NCBI GenBank assembly: GCA_019424945.1
Contig: JAHYYN010000100.1
Location: 8,910-72,909 of the forward strand
DNA length: 64,000 nt
DNA from: Collinsella sp.
GTDB taxonomy: Bacteria > Actinomycetota > Coriobacteriia > Coriobacteriales > Coriobacteriaceae
Direction: 5' to 3'
The translations under genes were made by a program, and so were the position numbers. The notes beneath the pieces were generated by a model that saw only the letters and a list, made by a program, of their open reading frames with translations, was not told where the DNA came from and ran no database searches. Below are positions 39,233-50,074 of this stretch, piece by piece; position 1 is the first letter of the stretch, and every line of letters starts with the position of its first letter.

Positions 39233-40334
39233 GAAGAAAGTAATGCTCGTCTTCGGCACCCGCCCGGAGGCAATCAAGATGTGCCCGCTCGTCAATGAGC
39301 TGAAGACACGCACGGATGAGTTTGAGACCGTCGTGACCGTGACCGGCCAGCATCGAGAGATGCTCGATCAGGTGCTGCGTGTCTTCGGCGTGACTCCTGA
39401 CCACGACCTTGCGATCATGAAGCCGGGCCAGACGCTGTTCGACGTGACGTGCGACGTGCTGCTCAAGCTCAGGGCCGTCCTCGAGGACGAGAGGCCCGAC
39501 GTGGTCCTGGTCCACGGAGACACCACGACCAGCTTCGCCGCGGCGCTCGCGTGCTTCTACCTTCAGATCCCCGTGGGCCACGTCGAGGCGGGCCTGCGCA
39601 CGCACGATATCTACAGCCCCTGGCCGGAGGAGTTCAACCGCCAGGCGGTCGACATCGTGAGCGAGTACTACTTCGCCCCCACTGAGGCCAGCAAGAAGAA
39701 CCTTCTGGACGAGGGCAAGCCCGAATCCAAGATCTGGGTCACCGGGAACACCGGCATCGACGCCCTGCGCACCACCGTGCGCGAGGGCTACTCCCACCCC
39801 GAGCTCGAGTGGGCGGAAAGCTCGCGCCTCATCCTCATCACGGCGCACCGCCGCGAGAACCTGGGAGAGCCAATGCACCGCATGTTCCGCGCCATCCGCC
39901 GCGTGATGGAGGAGCACCCAGACACCAAGGCGATCTACCCCATCCACATGAACCCGATCGTCCGCAAGGCCGCCCATGAGGAGCTCGACGGCTTCGACAG
40001 GCTCCACATCATCGACCCGCTCGAGGTTCTCGACTTCCACAACTTCATGGCCGCCAGCCACCTCATCCTCACCGACTCGGGCGGCATCCAGGAGGAGGCG
40101 CCTAGCCTGGGCAAGCCGGTCCTCGTCATGCGAGACACCACCGAGCGCCCCGAGGGAGTCGCCGCCGGCACGCTGAAACTCGTCGGCACCGAGGAAGACG
40201 TCATCTACCGCGAGTTCAGTCGTCTGCTCTCCGATGAGGGGGAGTACGCGGCCATGAGCCATGCCTCGAACCCCTACGGTGATGGTCATGCGAGCGAGCG
40301 GATCGGCGACGTGCTGGAAGGTAGGTCGCGATGA
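39225..40334 (+). CDS. wecB: UDP-N-acetylglucosamine 2-epimerase (non-hydrolysing)
   Basis: FGTRPEAIKM, GDT, HVEAGLR, PEE.NR, TDSGGIQEE, TERPE. Confidence 0.95.
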   Translation: MTKKKVMLVFGTRPEAIKMCPLVNELKTRTDEFETVVTVTGQHREMLDQVLRVFGVTPDHDLAIMKPGQTLFDVTCDVLLKLRAVLEDERPDVVLVHGDTTTSFAAALACFYLQIPVGHVEAGLRTHDIYSPWPEEFNRQAVDIVSEYYFAPTEASKKNLLDEGKPESKIWVTGNTGIDALRTTVREGYSHPELEWAESSRLILITAHRRENLGEPMHRMFRAIRRVMEEHPDTKAIYPIHMNPIVRKAAHEELDGFDRLHIIDPLEVLDFHNFMAASHLILTDSGGIQEEAPSLGKPVLVMRDTTERPEGVAAGTLKLVGTEEDVIYREFSRLLSDEGEYAAMSHASNPYGDGHASERIGDVLEGRSR

Positions 40335-41440
40335 TTCGGGTCCTGCACATCATTCAACAGTTAGGACCCGGCAGGGGCGGGGTGAGGACCTTCGTCTCTA
40401 CGATGCTTGATTGCCCAGCTCCCGATATCGAGCAGAGCGTACTTTCGGTTGGACGCGTCGAAGGGGACAGGTTCGGAGAGCGATTCTACGGTCCTTTAAT
40501 TGATAGCTACAGCCCGCTGCTGGTTGGCACTCTGGGGGCGAAGCGTCTTGGCGCTTTTCTGTCGAAGCACCGTTTCGACATCGTTCAGATTCACACGAAC
40601 AACGCACTCGGCTTCGTCTTCGCCTCTGAGGCCAAAAAAGCCGGAGTTCCCTCGCGCATCGTGCACTGCCATAACAGCGCGCTTGGCAGCACCTCGCGTT
40701 TGAAGAATATGGTCAACGTGGCCATGATAGAGAGGTTTCTCCCGTCGGCGAGTGAGCGCTGGGCATGCAGCGAGGTCGCAGGTGAATATCTCTTTCAGGG
40801 CGCTGGCTATGCCTTGGTGCACAACGGGGTCGATTCCGATAAATTCCGATTCTCGTCCTCTGACCGGGCTGCCGTTAGACATCGGCTTGGGATCCCGGGC
40901 AATGCCACCGTCATAGGGTTTGTCGGGGCAGGCATTCCTGCGAAAAACACCCTGCGCGCCCTCGATATCTTCAATCAGCTGCGCTCCAGTAAGGCCGATT
41001 CTCGCCTTCTGCTCTTCGGCCAAGCCGAGGAACTTCCCCTTGCGAAGGAGAAGGCGGCTAAATTGGGGCTGAGCGAATCGGCGGTTTTCATCGGTACCGT
41101 TGACGATATCTGGAGGTACTACAGCGCCATGGATGCGCTGCTTGCCCCCTCTTTCCACGAGGGGCTACCGATTGCCTTCATTGAGGCCCAGGCAAATGGA
41201 CTGCCCATCCTCAGCTCTGACGCGGTTACCCAAGAGGCCGATCTGACGGGCCTTCTCAAGCGCGCTGCACTTTCGCTTTCCGACAAGGAGTGGGCTGATT
41301 TGCTGGAAACCTGCGCCGGCAAAAGGGAACTAACTGCCGAGGCGGACTATGTTCCGTTTCTTGATAAAGCGGGTTACACCACGAGGTCGCTCTACGAGCA
41401 GCTCTCTGATCGCTATAGGAATATGACTAAAGGAGCGTAA
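40331..41440 (+). CDS. Glycosyltransferase family 4
   Basis: HNGVD, PSFHEGLP...IEAQANGLP. Confidence 0.9.
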   Translation: MIRVLHIIQQLGPGRGGVRTFVSTMLDCPAPDIEQSVLSVGRVEGDRFGERFYGPLIDSYSPLLVGTLGAKRLGAFLSKHRFDIVQIHTNNALGFVFASEAKKAGVPSRIVHCHNSALGSTSRLKNMVNVAMIERFLPSASERWACSEVAGEYLFQGAGYALVHNGVDSDKFRFSSSDRAAVRHRLGIPGNATVIGFVGAGIPAKNTLRALDIFNQLRSSKADSRLLLFGQAEELPLAKEKAAKLGLSESAVFIGTVDDIWRYYSAMDALLAPSFHEGLPIAFIEAQANGLPILSSDAVTQEADLTGLLKRAALSLSDKEWADLLETCAGKRELTAEADYVPFLDKAGYTTRSLYEQLSDRYRNMTKGA

Positions 41441-41441
41441 T

Positions 41442-42317
41442 ATGACGACCGAGTATTTATCCATGCAAGAGGTGAAAGCTGCCGAGCTGCGGCTCCTTCG
41501 CATTTTCGACTGCTATTGTCGAGAGAACAATCTGCGATATTCAATGGGTTCCGGCACTCTTCTCGGTGCGGTTAGGCACAAGGGGTTCATTCCCTGGGAT
41601 GATGATATCGATGTCGTCATGCCCGTTGAGGACTACAGGAAGTTTCTGGCTGGCTTCGCCTCCCGTACTGGAGCGGAGCAATCCCATGTTGGGCTTGCCA
41701 GTCAGCTGAACCTTAAAGGTTCAGCTGCAATTCCTTTTGAAAAACTGGTGGATACCAGCATTGAGGTAAAATCTGCATTCATTGCAGAGGGAATCCGCGA
41801 ATATGTGTGGATCGATATCTTTCCGATTGTTTCTTTCGAAAGTGAAGCCGAAGCCAGCAAGGCCTGGGATGCAGCAGCTCGATATAAGTACCTGTTCCAA
41901 GCATCAAGATGGAGCTCGGGACAGCCAGGAGTTGCTGGCTGCTTCAAAACCGTCTTCTGCGCGCTTGCCAGGCACACCCCTCTGCAACAGTGGGCTCTCG
42001 GCAAGCTAAGAACGATGACGGATAACGGTTGCTTTTCAACTATCGGCACTGCTGCCAATCTGGCTTGGGCGGTCAGCCAGTCGCTGGAGGTTTTCCCCGC
42101 GAGCCTGTTTAACAACTTGGTTGAATACGAATTCGAAAACGAACAGTTCTTTGGCTTTGAGGATGCGGACCGCTATCTCTCGATAATGTACGGGGACTAT
42201 ATGTCACTTCCGCCTGCCGACAAGCGTATTGCGCATGAGTTGAAGGCCTGGCGCGTCAGCGTTTCCAGCGACTTCGACCCTACAAGTAGCGGAAGCACCG
42301 ATGAACAAGATTGCTAA
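41442..42317 (+). CDS. LicD family phosphotransferase
   Basis: GTLLGAVRHKGFIPWDDDIDV, IDIFP, YGDYM.LPP. Confidence 0.95.
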   Translation: MTTEYLSMQEVKAAELRLLRIFDCYCRENNLRYSMGSGTLLGAVRHKGFIPWDDDIDVVMPVEDYRKFLAGFASRTGAEQSHVGLASQLNLKGSAAIPFEKLVDTSIEVKSAFIAEGIREYVWIDIFPIVSFESEAEASKAWDAAARYKYLFQASRWSSGQPGVAGCFKTVFCALARHTPLQQWALGKLRTMTDNGCFSTIGTAANLAWAVSQSLEVFPASLFNNLVEYEFENEQFFGFEDADRYLSIMYGDYMSLPPADKRIAHELKAWRVSVSSDFDPTSSGSTDEQDC

Positions 42318-42843
42318 GGCGCTTAAATGGGGCGCTTCCGCCCTACGGGTTGCCAAGATGTGCGTTGTGGCCGGAAATTGGCTCAAGATCGCCTCAGACA
42401 AACCATTGTACCTGGGCAAGGGCGCACGGGTGATATTGGACGAGGGCGCATCCCTCAGCATCGGTGCGGGCGTTTATTTGAGCCCCGAGTGCTTCGTACA
42501 GGTCAATAAAGGCGCAACTTTAGTGCTGGAAGACGGCGTCTACATGAACGAGGGCTGCCGCGTGACGGCAGTCCAATCCGCCCTCATCGGTGCAAACACG
42601 CTCTTTGGTCCTAATGTCCAGATTTACGACCGCGACCACGAATTCGACTGCAGAGGGGTTAGCTCAAAGTTAACCTACGCGCCGGTTTCGATTGGTCAGC
42701 ATTGTTGCCTTTGCGCCAATGCGGTCGTTAAGCGCGGTTCCTCGATTGCGTGCCGCCCTCTCGTCTCGGAGAACCCTGTTGTCACGTGCGACCTTACCGA
42801 GTCGGGCGCGCTGTACGCCGGTGCGCCCGCTCGATTGGTATAG
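42301..42843 (+). CDS. Left-handed beta-helix acyltransferase (possibly degenerate)
   Basis: Hexapeptide repeats, IG..TLFGPNV.IYD, YAGAPAR. Confidence 0.8.
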   Translation: MNKIAKALKWGASALRVAKMCVVAGNWLKIASDKPLYLGKGARVILDEGASLSIGAGVYLSPECFVQVNKGATLVLEDGVYMNEGCRVTAVQSALIGANTLFGPNVQIYDRDHEFDCRGVSSKLTYAPVSIGQHCCLCANAVVKRGSSIACRPLVSENPVVTCDLTESGALYAGAPARLV

Positions 42844-42870
42844 AGATACGACTAGGAAGCATTCTTAAAC

Positions 42871-43908
42871 GTGGATCAAAAGCTGAACATAACCCTTATC
42901 GTGCCCGTGTATAACGTTAGGCGCTACCTCGAGCAGTGCGTCCGCTCAATTCTTGAACAGTCGTATTCAATTTTCGAGGTGTTGCTCGTCGACGACGGGT
43001 CGACCGACGGGTCGGGCGAACTGTGTGATCGACTCTCCTCTGAGAACGATTGCGTGCGGACAGTGCATAAGGAGAACGCGGGGTTGGGTTTCGCGCGCAA
43101 CACGGGGCTTGACAACCTGTGCCCTGAGTCAACGCACGTAATGTTCGTGGACTCGGATGACTGGCTCGAATCCGACATGGTTGAGACGTTAGCCCGAGCC
43201 ATTGAGGACACCGGGGCGGATTGTGTTCTGGGCGGTTTCACCAAGAGAGATGATAAAGGAAGTCCCCAGTTTGAGTTCAAACTCGAGGATGCCGTGTGGG
43301 AGGGCGACGAGCTAGCAAAGAGGTTTATACCCCGCGTATGCGGCAGCTCCCCCGAGATGTCCGATTCGATTCCAATGTCGGTATGTTCGTCTATTTTCGC
43401 AACAAGGAACATAAACGAACATATCCTGCGCTTTCCCTCGGAGCGCGAGGTAATCAGCGAAGACTTCGTCTTTAAATACAAGTACCTCAGGACTAGCAAC
43501 AAGGTAGTGACGACGAGCAACGTGGGGTATTCGTACCGCACGAACCTTTCGTCACTTACCACTTCGTATAGACCAGATCGCTTCGACGCCAGTCTTTATT
43601 TCTACGACTACGCTCTTCGACTCGTGGCGGACTCGCCCTCGGAATCGGAATGCGTTTTGAGATTAAAAAAGACCTTATTTATCAATATGAAGATGTGCAT
43701 CTCGCAGGAAGTGCCTCGCGTAAGCGGTAAGAGCCGCCGCGACGCCTGCCGCGCCATTCACAATATGGCGGGCGACGAACGCCTGATGAAAGTGATTAAT
43801 GACTACCCATGCGAGAGACTCCGCTTTAAGCAGAAGGTCTTCGTGCAGTTGCTGAGGCACCAGGCCGCAAACGTTCTCTACATGGCTGCGGTTAAGGGGG
43901 TCATCTAG
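42871..43908 (+). CDS. Glycosyltransferase family 2
   Basis: IVPVYN, VDDGSTD, NAGLGFARN, FVDSDD, SED. Confidence 0.93.
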   Translation: MDQKLNITLIVPVYNVRRYLEQCVRSILEQSYSIFEVLLVDDGSTDGSGELCDRLSSENDCVRTVHKENAGLGFARNTGLDNLCPESTHVMFVDSDDWLESDMVETLARAIEDTGADCVLGGFTKRDDKGSPQFEFKLEDAVWEGDELAKRFIPRVCGSSPEMSDSIPMSVCSSIFATRNINEHILRFPSEREVISEDFVFKYKYLRTSNKVVTTSNVGYSYRTNLSSLTTSYRPDRFDASLYFYDYALRLVADSPSESECVLRLKKTLFINMKMCISQEVPRVSGKSRRDACRAIHNMAGDERLMKVINDYPCERLRFKQKVFVQLLRHQAANVLYMAAVKGVI

Positions 43909-43923
43909 ATTGGAGACGCGAAC

Positions 43924-44619
43924 ATGGCTTTGAGAGACGTGGTGAGGAAGGTTTACAACAAGCTCCTCGTGAACAACGAGGGGTACTTGAAGTACCTGCG
44001 TTCACGCGGTGTCACTATTGGTGAGGACGTCACGTTCCATTGCCCCGGCGACACGCACGTCGACATCACCGACCCGCACCTTCTGACAATCGGCGACCAC
44101 GTTAACCTCACGGGGCCCATTACTATCCTTACCCATGACTACGGCTGGTCAGTAGTCAAGGGCAAGACGGGCGAAATTCTGGGCAACGAGAAACCGGTCA
44201 CCATCGGCAACAACGTCTTCGTCGGGTGGGGCGCCACCATCCTTTGCGGCACGACTATCGAGGACAACGTCATTATCGGCGCCCATGCTGTGGTGAGCGG
44301 TCATGTCGAGGGCAATTCTGTTTGGGGGGGGGTGCCCGCTCGTCGAATCTGCTCATTGGAGCACTATAGGGAGAAGAGAGCCGCAGCGCAGGTCGAGGAA
44401 GCCAAGGAATACGTGCGGAGATTCCGTTCAAGGTGGGGCCGCAATCCCAAGCCCGAGGAGATTCGTGAGTACTTCCCGCTATTCGCAGACCCCGAGCATC
44501 TCTGCGGTGTGCATGAGTCGCAGGCGAGCTTGATGGGGACGTGGGATGAGAGCCTAAAGTGGATGAAGAACGCTAAACAATACGAGGATTACAACGACTT
44601 CATCGATGACTGTAAATAA
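43924..44619 (+). CDS. Left-handed beta-helix acyltransferase
   Basis: ILTHDY, VTIGNNVFVG, VWGGVPAR. Confidence 0.9.
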   Translation: MALRDVVRKVYNKLLVNNEGYLKYLRSRGVTIGEDVTFHCPGDTHVDITDPHLLTIGDHVNLTGPITILTHDYGWSVVKGKTGEILGNEKPVTIGNNVFVGWGATILCGTTIEDNVIIGAHAVVSGHVEGNSVWGGVPARRICSLEHYREKRAAAQVEEAKEYVRRFRSRWGRNPKPEEIREYFPLFADPEHLCGVHESQASLMGTWDESLKWMKNAKQYEDYNDFIDDCK

Positions 44620-44653
44620 AGCACGATCATCCCGCGCTTTCAGAAAGGATGAA

Positions 44654-45883
44654 ATGTCAATAGATAAATCGGTGCAGAAAATGAGTGTCCGTCTGACCGT
44701 CGATGAATTCGCATTCATCGTCAGCATGGGCATCGCGCTTAACACTCAGGTAGCGGGTTACGACATCCCGAATGTTGTCGTATACGGGATATCCGTTTTT
44801 TGGATCGTCGTTGCTTTATCAAGGACCGTTTCTACTAGCGGCCCTCTCAACCGAGGGCTTAAGCCACTTGGAATAAGGTTCGCACTGCCAAAAATGCTGA
44901 TTCTGCTGTATTCCTACTTTCTATTTGTTACGGGCCTATCATCCTCGGGGCACCCAGGGGGTTTCAATCAGTTCATTGCTGTTGCACTCCCAATCGCGTC
45001 TGTTTATCTATATGGCAAAAAGACCATCGATCTTGTCTTTTATTCATGCCTCGTCTCGTTTCTTTTTGTTGTTCCGTATACGTGCATGATTGCGGGTATT
45101 GGTTGTCTAGTCGCACCCATTGAAGCTATGTTTAATTCTTTGGCGTTCAACCCATTCGAAACGCATCAGTTTACCTTCACTGCTGCCTTCTTGTCGGTTT
45201 ATTACCTCTTGATCGATTGCGAACGGGGGAGGGGAATCAAAACAATTGCGTCTCTTACAATGTGCTTCATGGGTTTTAAGCGAATTGTCCTTCTTGCGAT
45301 CGTCGTGGTTGTTGTGGTCCACGTTATTCATAGTCATTTAGGGAAGAAAGCCGGGGCGCAGATTTACTCGGCTGGTTTGTTTTTACTGGCAGTCTGCTGT
45401 TTCGTCTTTGTCGTGCTGTTGTATAACGGCTTCATCTCTAGCTGGATGTCGGGTCACTCTCTAAATGTAATGGGTAGAAACTACTATTGGCAGGTCACCG
45501 TTGACAATAGTGTGTTTAGCCCTCTCTATATCGGTGCGGGTGTCAACTCGCTTACGCATTTATTTACGACAACTTATTCTTACCTGCATGTCGGAGGAGT
45601 CCATTGCGACATCCTTAAGTATTACTATGAAATTGGTTTTTTCGGATTTCTTTGCTGGCTCGGATATTTTCTTGTCTATCTCCCGGCTTGGATTCACAAG
45701 GTGTGCGGCGAGGAAACCTTCAACGCGTATGTTCTGATCACCTTATTCATGTTCGTCCTATTTTTTACGGACAACGTCGATATTTATTACGGGTCGCAGC
45801 TCTTGTTCGCCGCAATCCCCATGGTTATTTGGGTGAAATCACACTCCTCTTTAGAAGAGGGGGGCGAAAATGGGACGGTATAA
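44654..45883 (+). CDS. Polysaccharide polymerase (Wzy-like) membrane protein
   Basis: Many hydrophobic segments, GR..YW and H.D.L...YE.G loop motif, lower GC, next to flippase. Confidence 0.75.
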   Translation: MSIDKSVQKMSVRLTVDEFAFIVSMGIALNTQVAGYDIPNVVVYGISVFWIVVALSRTVSTSGPLNRGLKPLGIRFALPKMLILLYSYFLFVTGLSSSGHPGGFNQFIAVALPIASVYLYGKKTIDLVFYSCLVSFLFVVPYTCMIAGIGCLVAPIEAMFNSLAFNPFETHQFTFTAAFLSVYYLLIDCERGRGIKTIASLTMCFMGFKRIVLLAIVVVVVVHVIHSHLGKKAGAQIYSAGLFLLAVCCFVFVVLLYNGFISSWMSGHSLNVMGRNYYWQVTVDNSVFSPLYIGAGVNSLTHLFTTTYSYLHVGGVHCDILKYYYEIGFFGFLCWLGYFLVYLPAWIHKVCGEETFNAYVLITLFMFVLFFTDNVDIYYGSQLLFAAIPMVIWVKSHSSLEEGGENGTV

Positions 45884-47285
45884 ATATCTGTTAAAAAACG
45901 TTGGGCTTCTTACAATCAGCAATTTTGCTACCAAATTGCTGAGTTTCTTCCTGGTTCCGTTATATACAAGCGTCCTCACGACTGGTGAGTACGGTACCTA
46001 TGACGTCTTCTATACGACTGTCGGGGTTCTACTGCCAATTGTTACTTTAAATATTCAAGAGGGCGTGCTTAGATTCTCTTTGGAAAGGGACTATGACAGA
46101 GATGGCGTTGCTACGGTTGGATTCAGGTGCACCCTCTTAGGAACCGCTCTTGTAATGGTGGGGCTCTTAATCGTGAGCCGGACTGATCTATTTGAGCTCA
46201 CCCCTTTGTATTCTTTTTACTTTCTATTGATGTTCGCGTCGCAGGCCTTTTCGGGACTATTGCTCTTTTATGCGCGAGGACTTGATAAAATAGCCGATTT
46301 ATCCATCTCTGGTGTCCTCGGATCGTTCATTACGATTGTGCTTAACGTCGTCTTGCTCGTTCCCCTTAACATGGGGCTTGATGGCTATTTTCTCGCCAAT
46401 ATCCTTGGCCCACTTAGTCAATTAATTTTCCTAGTTATCAAGACGGGAATCCTAAAACATATACGGCTCTTTTCTGCATATAAAGTAGAGACTAAAGAGC
46501 TTATTGTCTATTCGCTCCCACTTGCCGCCAACAGCATTGCCTGGTGGGTGACGAGCGTCTCTGACCGCTACGTTGTCATATTCTTCTGTGGCTTGGCGGC
46601 AAATGGTATCTACTCAGTCGCCTCCAAGATCCCTTCGATTCTGAGCATCTTACAAAATATCTTCAGTCAAGCCTGGACCCTCTCGGTCGTAAAAGACTAC
46701 GACCCTGATGACAGCAATGGGTTCTTTGCCCAGACCTATTCAATTTACAACTGCATGCTCACCATTGTCTGTTCTGCGATCATCGTTTTAGATAAGGTGT
46801 TTGCTCGCTTTCTTTATGCGAACGATTTTTTCGTTGCTTGGCAGTACGTCCCCTGGCTGACGATTGCGATTATCTTCGGCGCTCTCTCAAACTATCTCGG
46901 CGGTTTTTTCACCGCCGTGAAAGACACCAAGAGCTTTGCAACATCTTCTGCTGCCGGAGCGATCACCAATCTTGTGCTGAACCTCATTTTCGTTCCTTTC
47001 TTTGGTCCTATGGCAGCCGCTATTTCCACAACGATTTGCTATGTGGAAGTTTGGATTCTCAGACTCGTTCGTGCCAAGCGCTATGTGAGGATCCGCATCA
47101 ATCTTGTGCGTGATGTCGCCACTTACGCTCTTTTGATAGCTCAGTCCCTCACCCTTCTTTTAGTTACTGATGAGATAGGTATGTATGCGCTCTTGTCCGC
47201 ACTTTTTATCGTCGTCGTGGTTCTCTACGCGAAGGACCTTGTCGGTGTGACGAAGAAGTTGTTTTCGATAAAAGGAGTTAGGTGA
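45870..47285 (+). CDS. Oligosaccharide flippase (Wzx)
   Basis: FLVPLYT..L...EYG, YSLPL..N...WW....DR, GIYSVA; about 12-14 TM segments. Confidence 0.9.
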   Translation: MGRYKYLLKNVGLLTISNFATKLLSFFLVPLYTSVLTTGEYGTYDVFYTTVGVLLPIVTLNIQEGVLRFSLERDYDRDGVATVGFRCTLLGTALVMVGLLIVSRTDLFELTPLYSFYFLLMFASQAFSGLLLFYARGLDKIADLSISGVLGSFITIVLNVVLLVPLNMGLDGYFLANILGPLSQLIFLVIKTGILKHIRLFSAYKVETKELIVYSLPLAANSIAWWVTSVSDRYVVIFFCGLAANGIYSVASKIPSILSILQNIFSQAWTLSVVKDYDPDDSNGFFAQTYSIYNCMLTIVCSAIIVLDKVFARFLYANDFFVAWQYVPWLTIAIIFGALSNYLGGFFTAVKDTKSFATSSAAGAITNLVLNLIFVPFFGPMAAAISTTICYVEVWILRLVRAKRYVRIRINLVRDVATYALLIAQSLTLLLVTDEIGMYALLSALFIVVVVLYAKDLVGVTKKLFSIKGVR

Positions 47286-48511
47286 TCGTAATGCCTTTAA
47301 CTGAAGTCATAAAAAATACGGCTAAGCCAATTTGGTTTAGTATTAAAGATATTCCCGAGGCACCAAAACGGCTCGATGGAGTTCTACTTTCTCGCAAGGC
47401 TGAGATCGATTATCGAAAAGTAGTTCTTATATGCAACATGGGCCGTGGCTACTTATGCAATCCGAAATATATTTCCGAGGCGTTGAATAGACTTTATCCT
47501 GGTAAATTCGACCTCGTTCTTCTGTTGAACGAACCTCAAGACGATATCCCTTCTTACGTTCGCCAAGTTGCCTACGGGAGCCATCAAGCTCGTTACGAGT
47601 TGTCGACTGCAAGATTCTGGATAGACAATTGCCGTCGATCGAAGAACGTTCCAAAGCGGAAAGATCAAATCTACATTCAGACCTGGCATGCTTATCTTTC
47701 GCCTAAACGCGTTGAGGGGGACGTTGCCGAGCACCTTCCCTATGAATATGTTCGCGATGCCAAGCGAGATGGAAATGATACGGACCTGATGTTCGCAGAC
47801 AATCGCCTCTATGAGGATGTCTATCGAAGGGCGTTTTGGTACAGCGGGCCTATTGTTAGGTGCGGTAATCCTAGGAACAGGCCTTTGGTTCTAGGCGATG
47901 ACGTAGCTCGAAGAAAAGTCCGTAATATTCTAGGAATTCCTGAGGATGAATTACTTTGCGTCTATGCTCCCACTTTCAGGCGTAACGAAGAGATGGATGC
48001 CTACCGCTTTGACTATGATGCTTTAATTCATGCGCTAGGCGAAAGGTTCGGACGTAAGTTTACATTTGCTTATCGCTTGCATCCGAATATTGCAAAATTG
48101 CACAGGCCCGATTTCTTGCAAAAGTATGCAGATGCCAGCTTCTATAAAGACGCCCAGGAGCTTCTTTCAGCTACGGATGTGCTTCTAACCGATTACTCAT
48201 CTATCATGGAGGATTTTATGCTTACGGGCAGGCCTGGATTCATTTATGCCCCTGATGTTGCTTCTTATAGCGATGACAGAGGCTTCTATTACTCGCTGCA
48301 GGATCGCCCTTTCCCCGTTGCTCAAAATGAAGAGGAGCTTCTTTCGGAAATCTTGGGGTATAGCGAAGACGAGCACAAGCGTGATGTTGAGCGATTTTCG
48401 GAGATGATCGGTCTAGAGGACGACGGGCGCGGCGACGAGGCAATTGCCAAAATCATTAATTGCTTGGCTACCCCGGGTGTGACCGTCGAAGAGGTGATTG
48501 GTCGTGGTTAA
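47282..48511 (+). CDS. CDP-glycerol:glycerophosphate transferase family (TagB/TagF)
   Basis: CNPKYI, QTWH, G.PRN, YAPTFR, RLHP, LTDYSS. Confidence 0.92.
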   Translation: MIVMPLTEVIKNTAKPIWFSIKDIPEAPKRLDGVLLSRKAEIDYRKVVLICNMGRGYLCNPKYISEALNRLYPGKFDLVLLLNEPQDDIPSYVRQVAYGSHQARYELSTARFWIDNCRRSKNVPKRKDQIYIQTWHAYLSPKRVEGDVAEHLPYEYVRDAKRDGNDTDLMFADNRLYEDVYRRAFWYSGPIVRCGNPRNRPLVLGDDVARRKVRNILGIPEDELLCVYAPTFRRNEEMDAYRFDYDALIHALGERFGRKFTFAYRLHPNIAKLHRPDFLQKYADASFYKDAQELLSATDVLLTDYSSIMEDFMLTGRPGFIYAPDVASYSDDRGFYYSLQDRPFPVAQNEEELLSEILGYSEDEHKRDVERFSEMIGLEDDGRGDEAIAKIINCLATPGVTVEEVIGRG

Positions 48512-50072
48512 GGTCAACAAGTCCATTATCCTTGCCGCCGGCAAGTCTTCCCAGTTCTTCCCGCCGCTGTACGACAAGCCCAAGGGGCTTTTCGAATACA
48601 AGGGCGAGGTGCTCATCGAGCGGCAGATCCGTCAGCTTCGCGAGGCTGGCGTCGAGGACATCGCCGTGGTTGTGGGCTACGAGAAGGAGCGCTTCTTCTA
48701 CCTCGAAGACGAGTTCGGCGTCGACCTGGTGGTGAGCACCCGCTGGGCAGACGAGTCGAACCTCTCGAGCCTGGACCTCGTTCGCGACCGCATGGGCGGC
48801 TCCTTCCTGTGCTGCGCCGACCACTGGTACGCGGAGAACCCGTTCGTCGGCTTCGGCGGCGGGGACCGCTCCGTGCGCATGGTGCGCGAGCAGGGGGACG
48901 CCACGCGCGAGCTCGTCGCGGACGTCTGCGCCGACGGGCGGCTGGCGAACCTCCGCTGCGGAGCCCCCTCGGGCACTTGCATGGTGGGCGCGGCCTATAT
49001 CGCGCCCGAGTGGGCGGAGCGGTTCTTCGGGCTCTACGATCGCGAGCGCGGGTACATCGGCGTCAAGGGCCTCCTGTGGGAGCAGTTCTGGGGCCGGCAT
49101 GCCGACGAGCTGCCGCTCTTCGCCGTCGCCGCCCCCGAAGGCATGCTCGAGTTCGACAGCATGGAGGAGCTCGGCGAGGACGGCGTGCTCGCGAACGTTA
49201 GCCCCGCCGCAATCGCCAACATCTGCCGCCTTCTCTCGTGCGCGCCCGAGGAGATAACCCACATCAAGCCGCTGAACGCGGGCCTGACGAACGTCTCGTT
49301 CTCGTTCCACCTCAGGCACGAGAAGTACGTATACAGGCACCCGGGCGTGAGTTCTTCCGCCCTGGTCGACCGCGACGCCGAGGTGGTTGCCGAGCGCACG
49401 GCGATGGAGCTGGGCATCGACCCCTCCGTCATCGACATTAGCCCCGAGGGCTGGAAGCTCTCGCGCTTCGTGCCCTCGTCGTGCTCCTTCGACTACGAGA
49501 ACCCAGCGGACCTCGCGGCGGGCGTGGGGCAAATCCGCGCGTTCCACGAGAGCGGCGCCTCCTGCGCGCTCGCGGTCGACCTCCTCTCCGAGGGCGACCG
49601 CCTGCTCGAGCTCGCCTCCCCGAGGAAGGGCGAGGCCGTGGGGCACCTCGCCGGCCTGAGGCGCCGCCTGGGCCGAGCATGGCACCACGTGGAGCTCGAC
49701 GATTGGCCGAAGGTGCTCTGCCACAACGACACGTACGCGGTCAACTGGATCGTCGGCGACGAGGGCCTGTGCATGATCGACTGGGAGTACGCGGGCATGA
49801 ACGACCCGATGAACGACCTGGCGACCATGGTGGTGCGCGACGGGCTCTCGCGCGAGAAGGGCGACGAGATCCTGGCGCTGTACTTCGGGCGCGAGCCCAG
49901 CCCCGGGGAGAGGCGCCACGCCTACGGCGTGTTCGCGCTGTGCTCCTGGTACTGGATGTGCTGGTGCCTGTTCAAGGACACGCTGGGCGAGGACGGCTTC
50001 TTCATGCTGCGGAGCTGGCGCGCCCTCAACCTCTACCTCCCGCTTGCGCTCGAGATGTATGGAGATAATTAG
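48504..50072 (+). CDS. Fused LicC-like nucleotidyltransferase and LicA-like choline/ethanolamine kinase
   Basis: IILAAG.SS.F.P...KPKGL, VVGY; GLTN, YRHPG, LCHND, IDWEYAGMND. Confidence 0.88.
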   Translation: MVKVNKSIILAAGKSSQFFPPLYDKPKGLFEYKGEVLIERQIRQLREAGVEDIAVVVGYEKERFFYLEDEFGVDLVVSTRWADESNLSSLDLVRDRMGGSFLCCADHWYAENPFVGFGGGDRSVRMVREQGDATRELVADVCADGRLANLRCGAPSGTCMVGAAYIAPEWAERFFGLYDRERGYIGVKGLLWEQFWGRHADELPLFAVAAPEGMLEFDSMEELGEDGVLANVSPAAIANICRLLSCAPEEITHIKPLNAGLTNVSFSFHLRHEKYVYRHPGVSSSALVDRDAEVVAERTAMELGIDPSVIDISPEGWKLSRFVPSSCSFDYENPADLAAGVGQIRAFHESGASCALAVDLLSEGDRLLELASPRKGEAVGHLAGLRRRLGRAWHHVELDDWPKVLCHNDTYAVNWIVGDEGLCMIDWEYAGMNDPMNDLATMVVRDGLSREKGDEILALYFGREPSPGERRHAYGVFALCSWYWMCWCLFKDTLGEDGFFMLRSWRALNLYLPLALEMYGDN

Positions 50073-50074
50073 AG

